A stretch of 64,000 bases of DNA, taken from positions 69,098 through 133,097 of the forward strand of contig QPMI01000523.1 in NCBI GenBank assembly GCA_004431415.1, in the 5' to 3' direction. The position numbers and the translations under genes are program-made. The notes beneath the pieces were generated by a model. It was given only the letters and a program-made list of their open reading frames with translations. It was not told the DNA's origin and ran no database searches. Origin of the DNA: Cyanophora paradoxa CCMP329 (taxonomy: Eukaryota > Plantae > Glaucophyta). This document shows positions 34,543 to 45,838 of the stretch, piece by piece (the stretch's first letter is position 1; each line of letters opens with the position of its first letter).

Positions 34543-34893
34543 ATGGCTGGAACAGATCATGATTCTGGATCGATCTATATGATTGAGAGTGAAGAATTGA
34601 ATAAAGTTTATATAGGGAGAACCTCACAGCCACTACAAAAAAGATGGAGACAACACAAATCAGGTCAAATGCCATCAACAGCAGACCTATGCAAGGCTTC
34701 GGATGTGAGGTTTTCAGTCCTTTATTCAACTAAGAAGGGTGGGCATGAAGACCTTATGAACAGAGAAGCATATTACATGTATCTCTTTGAACCTTGGATA
34801 GTCAATCTACAAAAACCGAAATCTCGATTTAGGATTAATAGGTTTTTGCGATTTCATTCAGAGGAAGCCAATGGATCCATTAAAACATTTTAA
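34543..34893 (+). CDS. GIY-YIG endonuclease
   Basis: GSIYMIES...VYIGRTSQPLQKRWRQH...LMNREAYY...IVN. Confidence 0.85.
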   Translation: MAGTDHDSGSIYMIESEELNKVYIGRTSQPLQKRWRQHKSGQMPSTADLCKASDVRFSVLYSTKKGGHEDLMNREAYYMYLFEPWIVNLQKPKSRFRINRFLRFHSEEANGSIKTF

Positions 34894-34952
34894 ATTGCGT
34901 TTAGAACATCCTAAAATAAAATATCCCTTAGAATAGGAACAAGTTAGGAATA

Positions 34953-37900
34953 ATGCCCCGAATTACCAACAAACTCATAAGGGAGAAGAAATGGGAACTC
35001 ATGGGATTGCTGGGAACACTATATGCAGCCCATGAAATAACAGAGGATGAATATGACCGGGAAATAGATTAAATTGCAAGGGGCAGACCCACTTTAAGCA
35101 GATTAACCAGAAAAGCAAATAACCTATATGATAAAATTGAAACCTTGGATGAACTGGATAGGCTTAGGCAAATAGAACCAGAGGCAGAAGATGGAACAGC
35201 CATGAATGAATTATATCGCTGGCTCACATACAGAGCCAGAAGGGAAGTTGTTGTAGATGTGATTGAATTCCTGGATAGAATTGCTACATCCCTTCCAAAT
35301 CGATTAAAGCAGGGTTTAGATCAATTCAGGGCAATCAAGGTTCGCTTGTCTTTTATCTGCAAGTTCGTTAAAGTGAGCAATCCACAGGTTTGGATATCGA
35401 AATACATTTACAGTGATTACTTTGTATTAACCAGGTCGAGAAATATTCGAACTGAGCTGAATAAAGCAGCCCAAATGTGTCAGGAGCAGATGAATGTGGT
35501 TGATAGCTATCGCTTAGAAAGAATTGAAATACTCAGAGTGGCTATTATGAGTTATGCTCCAACTGGTGGATGCTTTCTACAAACCCCAGAGTGGATTGCT
35601 AGGAAGAGAGCCACAGTGAATATTCGAAATATAGATGATTCCTGCTTCGAAAATGCGATTTTAGCCTCGATTTACAGAAAATCTATTAACTCCCATAAGA
35701 GGAATGAGCTTTCACAATATCGCAAATGGAAATACTCAGCAATCGCTTATAATCCGCTGGCTCTCAATTTCGACAATATCCCATTCCCTGTTGCCTGTGA
35801 TGCTGAAATAATTGATAAATTCGAGGCTCAAAATGCAGGCATTAGCATTAATATATTCGGAATCGATGGAGAGGTTGTTTATCCCCTGCATCAATCCAGT
35901 AACCCAGGCAGAAAGCATAAGGTTAATCTCATGCTGATATTTGATGATGAAGGGAATGGTCACTATATTACAATCATGTCCCTTTCAAGGCTATTGAAAG
36001 TAAACCATGAAACATACAATGATCAGAAGTTACACTACTGTGATACATGCTTATCTCGATTCAGGTCTGAGGCTAAACTCACTGCTCATGTGGACTCAAA
36101 CAGATGCATTGATTGGAGACTCTCAAAGGGAATCACCCCTAAACCTGAGACCACCATAGAGTTTGGACTGAAAAACCTCAGGAAAACTGTGTGGCTTCCT
36201 GTTGTGGTTTACTGCAAGATTGAACATAGAAGCATCCCCATTGATGCATCGAAATCCAAGAGGGAAGTCTCAGCAGTGAACCTTAGAGTAGTCACTGGGG
36301 AAGATGTTCAAGATTTTCGATTTGAGGGGCAGGATCCAATGGGAGGTCTCTTTGAATGCTTGGAGTCCAAAGCAAGAGAGCTGATCGATTTTCTGTTTAC
36401 CAATATTCCCATGAATGAACTCACAGATGAGCAAAAGGCTATTTACAGAGCTACCAAACACTGTTACCTTTGCAGTGAGAGGTTCACCAAGGAAAACTTC
36501 AAATGCAGGGATCATGATCACCACACAGGTAATTACATTGCTCCTGCATGCAGAAACTGCAATCTCCATAGGAGAATCTCAAAGCAAACCAAAGTTGCAG
36601 TTGTTGTTGACCAAATGGATGACTGTGGGACATTCATTTTCAGAAAAATAGCAGGCATGGGTGATAAAAAGCGAATCGAAATCCTTTCGAAAAACTTTGA
36701 TCAATACCTTTCATTGCAATGGGGTCTTTACAAGTTCATTGATGCAAGTAATTTTATGGACTTTGGGGCTGCTGATGTAGATGAGTTAATGAGCAAATTC
36801 CAGGCTTTCAGAAGGCTTTCACACTCAGTATATGGACTTGACCCAGTTCATTATGTATCTGCACCTGGGCTATCTTGGGATGCTATGCTTAGGACCACCA
36901 AGGCAAAAATAGAACTCATCAGTGATGTAGAGCAATACGAATTTGTTGAGAGGGGAATCAGGGGTGGCTTTGCAACAATGCCTTGTAGGTATGCTGAGGC
37001 TGATGGTGAGAACTCCCATATAATGCTGTTTGATGCTAACAACTTGTATGGCTACTGTTTGAGTCAGCCAATTCCAGTTGGTGATTTTAGATGGGAGACC
37101 GAATTCAACCCACAAGATAACAGATCCAGTTTCCTGGAAGTTGATCTGGATTACCCAATTAGGCTATATCTAGACCACAGTGATTTCCCCCTAATTATTA
37201 ACAAGAAAATAATAGATTATGCCGAATTATCACAATATCAAAAGAGCCTATTAGATCTTTCAGGAGAAGAACTTGATAAAACCCCTAAGCTTACTGCAAC
37301 CTTTGGCTCTGTGACCAACTATGTGATTTCTGAGCCTCTTCTACAGTATCTGTTAGACAAAGGGGTGAAATTAAAGAAGGTTCACAGGGTCCTATCATTT
37401 ACTGTGGCTCCTGTAATGAAACCATATATTGAGCTGAACACTGAGATGAGAAGGAGAGCAGTGAATAAATTCGAGGCTGATTTCTATAAGCTCATGAATA
37501 ATTCAATCTATGGGAAATGCATTGAATCTTGCAGGGGTAGATCTGTGGTTAAGATTGCAAACAGTGAGAAACTGTTTACGAAATATGCAGCCTCTCCATT
37601 GGTGAAATCAACAAGCCCCATAAACGAAAGAGCAGTTGCCTTTGAGTTTTACACAAAACATGTGAAGCTAGATAAGCCAGTTGCCATTGGAGCCTATGTT
37701 TTGGATGCTGCCAAACTGCATAATTACCAGTTCTTCTATGATACTATAAGGTCCCAATGGTCAAAAGCAAAGTTACTATTCCATGATACTGATTCCTTTT
37801 GTCTATATATCGAATCTCAGACCCTCCAAAAGGACCTGGGAATATCTCTTATGCATTGGACCTTGGAGGTGATTCAAGAATGACCCCAGGTAAATACAAA

Positions 37901-38197
37901 AATGAGATGCCAGGTTCTGCTATATTGGAGTATGTGGGTCTGAGAGCCAAAGTTTACAGTTTCAGAACTGCTGAGATTGAGAGAAGTAAGCTCTCTGGGA
38001 CTTCTACTGAGGAACTCCAATTTAATGATTTTAAGCAGTGTTTATTTGCAGGTATCAGCAAGACTGTGACTGCAAAGCAGAAGAGAAGGGCAGATCACAC
38101 AATAATAGATACTGTGAGTAGAAGGGTTGCCCTGAACTGCTTTGATGCAAAGAGATACATCTTACCAGATGGTATTAATTCTGTTCCTTTTAATTAA
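34953..38197 (+). CDS. polB: Maverick/Polinton-type family B DNA polymerase with embedded endonuclease VII domain; in-frame TAA at 35070 and frameshift near 37838
   Basis: N-terminal NIRNIDDSCF, HYITIMSLSRL; EndoVII CYLC...CRDHDHHTG...ACRNCN; polymerase IRGG, DANNLYG, KLMNNSIYGK, HDTDS; C-terminal GLRAKVY, FDAKRYI in the next frame. Confidence 0.92.
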
Positions 38198-38200
38198 GAG

Positions 38201-39586
38201 ATGCCAGCAACTGCAAGAATAGTTAGAAGAACCACTGAACAACTGCAAGGTAACCTACTGCCCATCACAATTCCAAAGGAGGAAAAGGGAGAATCTCGAA
38301 TTGTTAAAAAATCAGAGATGAAAGAACTTGTCCCAGTAGAGATTCCAGTTGCAATTGCAGTGAAAGAAACCAGCAAGATTGCCAAGAGATTCTATGATGT
38401 GAGAACTGGTTACAAAGGGCTTCAAGCTATGAGGGCTGAGTTACCAGATGAATCCTATAAGCAGTTGCAAGAGTTCTATAAAAAGCAAGAGGTAGTTCAG
38501 ATCAATGCACCTGCTATATCTAGGAAGAGAGATCCCATGGTCCCAATAAGGCAACCCCTTGATACCTATGTGATTGATTTGCTCTTTTTCCCAGCTTATA
38601 AGAAACAAAACAATGGCTATGATACCTTTATGACTGCAATGGAATCTACACTGAGAACTGGGTATATCATACCTATAAGGGATAAATCAGCTCTCACTAC
38701 ATTAGCTGCATTTAAACAGCTTGAAATGAGAGTGGCAAGACCCATAGTAAAAGTTCAATCAGATGCTGGGAGTGAATTCCAAAATCGAATATTCCAGGAG
38801 TATTTATCTAGTAAATTCATAGAACACCAAGTGAGTGGAACTGCTGACCATAGAAGCCAAGGTCGAATTGAAGCCTTTAACAAGCAGATTAAGAGACTGA
38901 TCACAAACTATTGCATAGCTAATAACACAGCTAGATTCTTTGATGTGTTAGGTGATATTGAGTATAATTACAATAATACAGTTCACTCAGCTACTAAGAT
39001 GAAGCCAGGCGAAACTACAGAGGAGCATTATAGGTATATAGTGGGATTAGAAGATGAAAGATTCAAGAAATCAATAGCTTACCTTGATACCATGCAGCCT
39101 GGCATGTTTGTTAGAGTGAAAGTTGAGAAGAACCCCTTTGCTAAACAGGGTAACAATTGGTCTAGGATGGTTTACACTGTTGATAGTAGGGAAGGCTTTA
39201 AGTTTAAGCTAAGGAGTCCCACTGGTGAGATCATAGAAAACAGGTTTGCTTTCCATGAGCTGTTGCCTGTGAATGCAGTTGAATATCTAGAAACCCCTAC
39301 AGTGGATGCCTTGGAGCAAGCTAAAGAGGAAGCCAGGGCTGATGCTGCTATAAGGAGAGAAGGCATAGAAGCTGCTAATGAAGTCCCAGTTAAGCCTTTG
39401 ATAGAGGCTAGGAAGGAGAAGGCTGGGAAAGTTAACAGGGAACTCAAAAAGCTCACTATAGCAGGAACACAGAAACTTTCAGAAGTGAATAGCCAGAGAT
39501 GGTATAATGACTTTCAGACTACTAAGGAGTCATATACAGCCCCTAAACCTCAAAGAACACTAAGAGAAAGGACCAAAACTAGCTAG
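38201..39586 (+). CDS. int: Retroviral-like (rve, DDE) integrase
   Basis: YVIDLLF, VQSDAGSEF, QGRIEAFNKQIK, YNNTVHSATKMKP, VRV..F.K..NWS; consistent with the 6-bp TSD. Confidence 0.93.
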   Translation: MPATARIVRRTTEQLQGNLLPITIPKEEKGESRIVKKSEMKELVPVEIPVAIAVKETSKIAKRFYDVRTGYKGLQAMRAELPDESYKQLQEFYKKQEVVQINAPAISRKRDPMVPIRQPLDTYVIDLLFFPAYKKQNNGYDTFMTAMESTLRTGYIIPIRDKSALTTLAAFKQLEMRVARPIVKVQSDAGSEFQNRIFQEYLSSKFIEHQVSGTADHRSQGRIEAFNKQIKRLITNYCIANNTARFFDVLGDIEYNYNNTVHSATKMKPGETTEEHYRYIVGLEDERFKKSIAYLDTMQPGMFVRVKVEKNPFAKQGNNWSRMVYTVDSREGFKFKLRSPTGEIIENRFAFHELLPVNAVEYLETPTVDALEQAKEEARADAAIRREGIEAANEVPVKPLIEARKEKAGKVNRELKKLTIAGTQKLSEVNSQRWYNDFQTTKESYTAPKPQRTLRERTKTS

Positions 39587-40508
39587 TTTGCTAGGCGAAA
39601 ACTCGTTTTTTCCAAATATATGTATGACTGATATACATATATGCATATGATATACACATAGTCTTGTAGATCTTATCAAGCGCTTCACAGCGCTATGCAG
39701 AACGTTGCGTTTTGATGATCTGGTGATGAGATATAACAGTTTGAAGATGCAAAAGTCACTTGCCATAGTGGGCTTGGTGAAACACTAGCCCAGGAGTCGA
39801 CTTGGAACCAAGTCGTTTTTGGCTCAGCGGTTAAGACGCTTGGATTTCCGAGTCGCCATTCAAATCCGCTCGGGAACCTTTACTTCGTTCGCCGTGAAAC
39901 TTGAAAAGTTAAAAAAAAACGCGGTTTTTTCTAGATTAATGCTGTACCCGTCTGGAAAATCATTATTCACGTTTGCTGCGATATCTCAGCACCAACTTAT
40001 CAAATCGATGCGCTTTAAACGTCATAAAATCGAGCATTTCAAGGCGGTCTGAGCGCTTATCAGCCATATCGACATTTCGATAACTCTGACTCGAAATCGC
40101 GATGAAACCGATTTTGAATTTTGATTTTAAATTCGATTAAAATGCATTAAACGTGAGTTTTTAATATAGATCACCAGGAAGTTATCAAATCGATGCACTG
40201 GCGGTAAAATATAATGACATATATCATACATAACAATAACTTGCAATCACATATACGAATCTCGATGTGTATACATCGCTATTACGATTAAAGCGAGTTT
40301 TGAAATTCAAAATAATTCGATTAAATTCGATTATAACTCAAAAATCGCGAGTTTTAACCATATACTTATCAATTCGATCAACGTATGATATCTTATATTC
40401 CGCTATATTGTATTGCTTCGATAAACGTGATCACATATATGAAAACATCAATCTAACATTGCATTTAGTAAGCATCTCCCCAAGATTCCCCCTATTATAT
40501 TATATTTA

Positions 40509-41300
40509 TATTTAAGTGGACTCAAGGTTGACTCATATTAATCGTAAAAGTAGTAATAGTATATGGAATTTGTTACGAATTCAATGCAAGGGTTGACTAA
40601 GTGGGTTGAGTTGACTCAAATTTCACAGGAAATATTTGGGACCAAAAGTTTTCTAAAAAGGATTTGAAAAAATGTGTCAACTCCCCCCACTTAGTCAACC
40701 CTGACCATAAACAGTAAGGATTTGAGCTAACATGTATCACAAAGTGAACATTTTGAGTCCACTTAGAAGATCCACTTTTGAAATCAAAGTTGATTTTGCT
40801 TGAAATTTCAAAGTTGATCTAAAAGTGAGTCCACCCTGATTGATTATGGTAACAAAGTTGACTAAGTTGACTAAGTTGAGTCATCTTAAGAAATTCAAGG
40901 AGACTAAGAGTTCAAAATGTTTATGAAAAGTGAGTCAACTTAGACCACTTATGGTAACAAAGTTAAATATTTAATTGATTTAATCGGAAAAGAACATGAT
41001 TTAATCGAATTTATTGATATAATTCCGATTAGATTCATTTAGAATTCAATTAAGATCAATCGAAGTTATTGATATAATTCCGATTAACTACAATTAAGAT
41101 ACAATATCGATTAATCGAGTTTATCGATATAATATCGATTAAATTAATTGAAATTGCATATAAAAATATGAAAATTCATGTGAAAATTCAAATAAATTAA
41201 TCGATTTTATTGATATAACATCGAATCACACATATGAATATTCATATTTTAATCCTGAGGCGGAACGCCGAGGGATTAAAATATGAATATTCATATGTGT
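40509..41300 (-). repeat. Right terminal inverted repeat (792 bp), including terminal hairpin 41228-41300
   Basis: Reverse complement of 13679-14470. Confidence 0.95.
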
Positions 41301-41306
41301 AGTACG
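41301..41306. repeat. Right target-site duplication AGTACG
   Basis: Identical to 13673-13678. Confidence 0.95.
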
Positions 41307-41368
41307 TTGTCCATTAGATATTTTAGACAATCCTGAATACATCTAATATTAACATTTTAACTTCGCAG

Positions 41369-41794
41369 GTTGAAGTGCCTGCAACTGTTGTCCTTCACAG
41401 GTCGAGCTCTGCTGATGCACTCGGCGAAGGAGCTGCGAGGCCGGCTGGTGGAGTTTGAGAAAAAGGAGGGGATGCGCCTCGACGGCGCCAGCGACGCGGG
41501 TCTCAGTTACGGACTCGAGGCGGTCCTCTTCTCATTTGACAAACATGTGCGTTCATCCGCCAGCAACCTGCAGAAAGACGGTAATAAGTATCGGGATTGT
41601 TTCTGTGCAGGTGGCGCTACTCGTGGACAAGGCAAAACAGACGTGGGCCCTTCCCGTACCCCCCCCCTCCCCCCCCCCCTTCCAACTCCGTATCCCTATA
41701 TATGACATGTACTGATGGGCTCATTATCGGCAGATGCCAGGATGCAAATACCGTGGCAGAAATCAAGCGCCACTATGCCTGCCGCGACGTTTGA
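41369..41794 (+). CDS. 3' exons of the interrupted host gene (second half of the SAM-like domain); end approximate
   Basis: After acceptor TTCGCAG (ends 41368) the frame continues E-LKCLQLLSFTGRALLMHSAKELR, in phase with the exon ending at 13673. Confidence 0.55.
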
Positions 41795-41823
41795 AGACGA
41801 ACGGTAGTACTCGCGGAATTTAA

Positions 41824-41984
41824 GTGAGCCTGGTGATTGCGGAATGTGAATTGACACATGGAAATGAAGTGCATAAGCCTTCCCATGTAGCCGAGCCGCT
41901 CGATCGTTCATGGCTCGCCGGATTGCACCTAGGCACCATATGTATATGTAACAGAGGCTGGGGAACGGTTGAAGTTATTTAATG
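41824..41984 (+). repeat. Diverged direct repeat, copy 1 (~160 bp)
   Basis: Shares GAATGTGAATTGACACATGG, CCGCTCGATCGTTCAT and TGCACCTAGGCACCATATGTA with 48618-48773. Confidence 0.85.
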
Positions 41985-42165
41985 CACACTTAATTGAGCT
42001 TGCCGGAGTAATACTGGACAATGAAACGGTACAGTTAAGGATATAAAGCAATATGAAAGTACAGGTAGGCTGGGAAGAGCAGGTAAATCGAAAGTTGCAA
42101 TTTTCTGCATCTGATTGGGTGTGCCAAAGGCAAGGTCGGCCTTTGATATATATGTAATTATATGG

Positions 42166-42681
42166 TTATTGCGACTGCCGGAGGTGGCTCCGGAGGGCGT
42201 CCTCCAATTCTACGACGCGAGATTGGTGCTCCGCCACCCATCCGTATGCCTCGTTCAGCTTGGTCCTCACAGGGCACGACGGGCCGCATGGTGCGGCAGC
42301 TGTGCGCGGGATGGCGTTGCACCAAACAAGTCGATCCCCGGCGAGAGCTTCAGATCCGGCGATTGCTAAGCGGAGGGCAGCGGCAGGCGACTCCTCAACT
42401 AGAGCTTGCTGGAAAAGTGCGGAAGCAGCAGCCTTCCTCGCTTCGACGGGGCGGGTTGAAGGGTCCACCTGGCCAGGAGCCAGCGCTGGCAGCTCGCGCT
42501 CGAAATTAAAGCGTCTCGAATGAGCGTCGTACCAGTCGTCTAAGTTTGGCTGAACGACAGTGGGCGTCTTGTGCTCATGGTGTCCGCGGCGGTTGCGGTT
42601 GATTGCCGATGGGGCGCTAGCGGGATGTGCCGAGCTACCGGAGGCTTCGAACGATGGCCCGGTCTTGGCACGTTTTGCCAT
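42166..42681 (-). CDS. Orphan protein, paralogue A
   Basis: DWYDAHSRRFNFERELP...ALAGDRLVWC...CGPSCPV...ELEDALRSH aligns with 46085-46696. Confidence 0.7.
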   Translation of the reverse strand: MAKRAKTGPSFEASGSSAHPASAPSAINRNRRGHHEHKTPTVVQPNLDDWYDAHSRRFNFERELPALAPGQVDPSTRPVEARKAAASALFQQALVEESPAAALRLAIAGSEALAGDRLVWCNAIPRTAAAPCGPSCPVRTKLNEAYGWVAEHQSRVVELEDALRSHLRQSQ

Positions 42682-45330
42682 TGCTGTCGAATCCGGAGTT
42701 TATAACGTGGGTCCTGATTTTCAGGGTACCCGGAGCGCACGGCGTCCTAAGGCAAAAACACGGAAGGCTAGACGGCTCCGTTTACAGGGCACAACTCAGA
42801 TGTCGAACGAAGACGATTACCAGGTTCTGCGGCGGGTGAGTCGCACTCTAGCAGTCAAGCACGCGCTGCCCGAAATCGTTCTTACTGGGCGTCCTCTACG
42901 CGCAGAGGCAGGCAATCGAGCTTGCGCACTGGAATGAGGAGAAACGGAACGAGGTTCAAGCGTGTCAACTCGCAGCTGACGAGGTGCGTGCTGCTCGGAG
43001 GATCGCTGCGTACGTTGCCAGGTTGCCGCAGTGCAACTCAGCCGGGTTTCGGAAACGTAGGGATGCAGTGTCGTCGAACACCAGCAACCGGTTGAAATGT
43101 GGAGGAGACAAGAACGCCGCAAGGGGAAGCATAAGAAGCAGGGGAAACCGGCCTTGTCTGGCCGTGGCAGTGCGGACAGCAGCAACGTCGAACGGGCGGC
43201 GGCCGCAGGAGCAACAGCGACATGCGCAACGCCGGCCGGTCGTCCAGGCGGGACCATGGGAGGGGAAAGCGCTGCCGCCGGCGGCAGCATGCACAGGGGC
43301 TCGGGCACGGTTATCGCACCGGCCGGGCGACCCCTGGATGCGTTCCGCAGCGTACCAACGGCCTGTGCATCGATGAAGCCGACCGACAAGATGATCATAT
43401 CGGAGCTTGCCCGAGGCATCTGCCCTGTGTGCGGGAGGAGGGCCAGCAGAACGCAACGAGTCCTATCCGCGCAATCGAAAGCGGCTTTGTGGTATGTAGG
43501 TTATGATATATAGGATTTCGGAAGAGATAACGTTGATGACGAGTGGGGCACAGGGGCATGTGCTCTTCTGCACGTCGGAGGGTGGAGAGCTGGGAGCAAG
43601 GATGAAGGAAGCGCTCAAGGAGGCCAGCGAGGCGATTGATATTTTCTACCGCGGGACGTCTGCGCATGCTTTCATCGAGGCTCAGCTCACCAATGAGCTC
43701 CGTGCCATAAAAAGCAGAATCGAGAGCTTCACGCAAGACCACCTGTGTTCGTCAGACCGAGCGGTGCTTGGGCTTCGCAGGATGATGCTCTCGCCGTCGC
43801 CAACTCCTACGGTTAGGACACTGGCATTAATATTTTACGCAGCGTCTCGGCCCCCCGTATGTGGCTGACACGTGCACTGCCCACAGCAAGGGGACGGAGG
43901 GTCCGCAGAATACGCGTCGGCCATCACACATGCTGTGTGCGCGGCAATCAGAGACGCGAGATCAAGCGTGGAGCGGGAGCTGGATTGGATGCGGAGGATT
44001 TCCAGCAAACTCGCCAAGCTTGATGGCGGCGCCTTCATCGTTACATGGGAAGTGGACGCTCTGCGGAAACTCGTAGGACAAGGAGGGAGACGCAACAATC
44101 AGTCAATCATCCCTGGATATTGCAGCCTTGCACCATTTCAGTTACTACGTCAACCCCATCGTCAACCCCGGTCGGAACATATCGTCAACTCCGGTTGCAA
44201 AGCATCGCGATCGGCCGTCCCCCTACATTCCTCCGATGGGTATGTTATCCCTGCCCGCCTCTTTTATTTCGTCGTGCCGTCTGATGTGAACGCCAGCGAG
44301 TACGAAGACGGGCAAGACTTCCAGTGAGGTGAGCATTCTTAGTTTCCGGCCCTCTCTGCCGCTCTTTACTAGACACATGAGTGGTTATAATTATGTGATC
44401 ACTTGCGATTGCCATACCGATGCCTCTGCAGAAGGACACTTCTCACCTGAGAATCGGTGATCTCCGGAGTGCGTCAGTTGTCGGTCCATGCGGCCGGCAG
44501 ACCAGTACAATTACGTCACTCTTATCTGCACATGCAGTGTGCCGGGACACGATCGACTTCCTGCTCGTACGCTGCGCATCGTCCCAGGCCGATTCAGTCA
44601 GCATCCTGGAGCTCCTCAATTCTACGAGCACCATCGTTAGTGCTTTTTCATCATAAACGCGCCCGTAAGAACGGCCTCATGACAAGGCATCTCGTCTTCC
44701 ACGCAGGCCCGCGAAATCATTGTTAACAAGCCTGGCATCCTTCAACTGAGTCGATCCCTGAAAGGTATCTCGTATATTTTGTACGCATGCATATAGGTGC
44801 GTGTCGAAGTCTCTATATGATGTTCGGAATTCGGCAGTGCTCGTCGATGCCATTGCCGACTGTGAGACCGCGGAAATGGTGGCGGTACTGCTCTAGATCT
44901 AGAGCTTTTGATGTTCATGAGTATTCGAACTCACACCGGCCCTTACTAACAATTTGCAGTACTGTAGTTCTGTTTTCTTGGGATGTCACCGGTAGTATAG
45001 ATACATTGGGATTGCATTTTTTCTAGTGTAATCGAGGGCAATTTACGTGGATGGTTGACGCTTGAGATTTATGTTCCATGGCATTGAAGTTATAGTTCAC
45101 ACTGGCTGGCTCCAGCACTAGCTTGGTATCATGACATTTCGATCTCGTGCCCCTCACCGTGGTACGGTGGTGCTGCGAGCAGCATGCGCGCCTGACATTG
45201 CGAGCAACGAAATGGGGGTTTGAAAAGTCGCTCGATGATGCGTACCCCGTTGGTCTAATTCGTGCCGTTGCTAGGATAAATACAGTTGCCCTTTCGAAAG
45301 TAGGGCACGATCCAGCGTACACCGGCAGAC

Positions 45331-45838
45331 ATGCCGCGTGTGAAGAAGAAGCCGCGGAAATCCGCCAAGGCCGCTCCGGCCGCCCCGCCCAAGGCCAAGA
45401 AGCACACGAAGACCGAGTCGCCGGGAAAGAGACCTTACCGCTATCGTCCAGGTGCGGATGCCAATTATGGTAAGCAGTTAGGGAGGCTGAACGAGGAGAG
45501 CAGGTACTGTCGCGCTGCGGGAGATTCGCAGATACCAGAAGACGACGGAGCTCCTGCTTCGCAAGCTTCCGTTCCAGCGGCTCGTGTTCGAGGTCGCACA
45601 CGATCTAGGCGCAACGGATAAACGTTTCCAATCGTCGAGCGTCCTCGCGCTGCAAGAGGCCAGCGAGGCTTATCTTGTCGGCGTTTTTCAGGATGCGAAC
45701 CTCTGCGCCATCCACGCCAAGCGGTGCGTTGCCTGAAGGGATGTGTGCTTAATTTCTGATCGGTGCATGGTGCTCAGGGTCACAATCATGCCGAAGGACA
45801 TGCAGCTCGCCCGTCGCATTCGCGGCGAGCGCACCTAG
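45331..45838 (+). CDS. Divergent histone H3 variant, 3 exons (introns 45452-45503 and 45724-45777)
   Basis: Spliced product ...[100 protein letters not shown]. Confidence 0.93.

Larger units (their letters stand above)
13679..41300. mobile_element. Complete endogenous Polinton/Maverick-like virus (PLV), 27,622 bp
   Basis: TIRs, 6-bp TSD, sharp drop in GC content and intronless compact genes: rve integrase, PolB, packaging ATPase, MCP, pentons, primase-helicase. Confidence 0.95.

Noticed and set aside
28213-35072. Stop-codon reassignment suggested by in-frame TAA at 28213 and 35070
   Set aside because: Only two cases; TAA terminates many other genes of the element at expected positions.
39587-40470. 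Short ORFs between the integrase and the right TIR
   Set aside because: Non-ATG starts, no motifs, and composition like the non-coding TIR; treated as non-coding.
45331-45838. Firm CenH3/CENP-A assignment
   Set aside because: Diagnostic residues conflict (Q68 and F84 retained), so it is left as an H3 variant.
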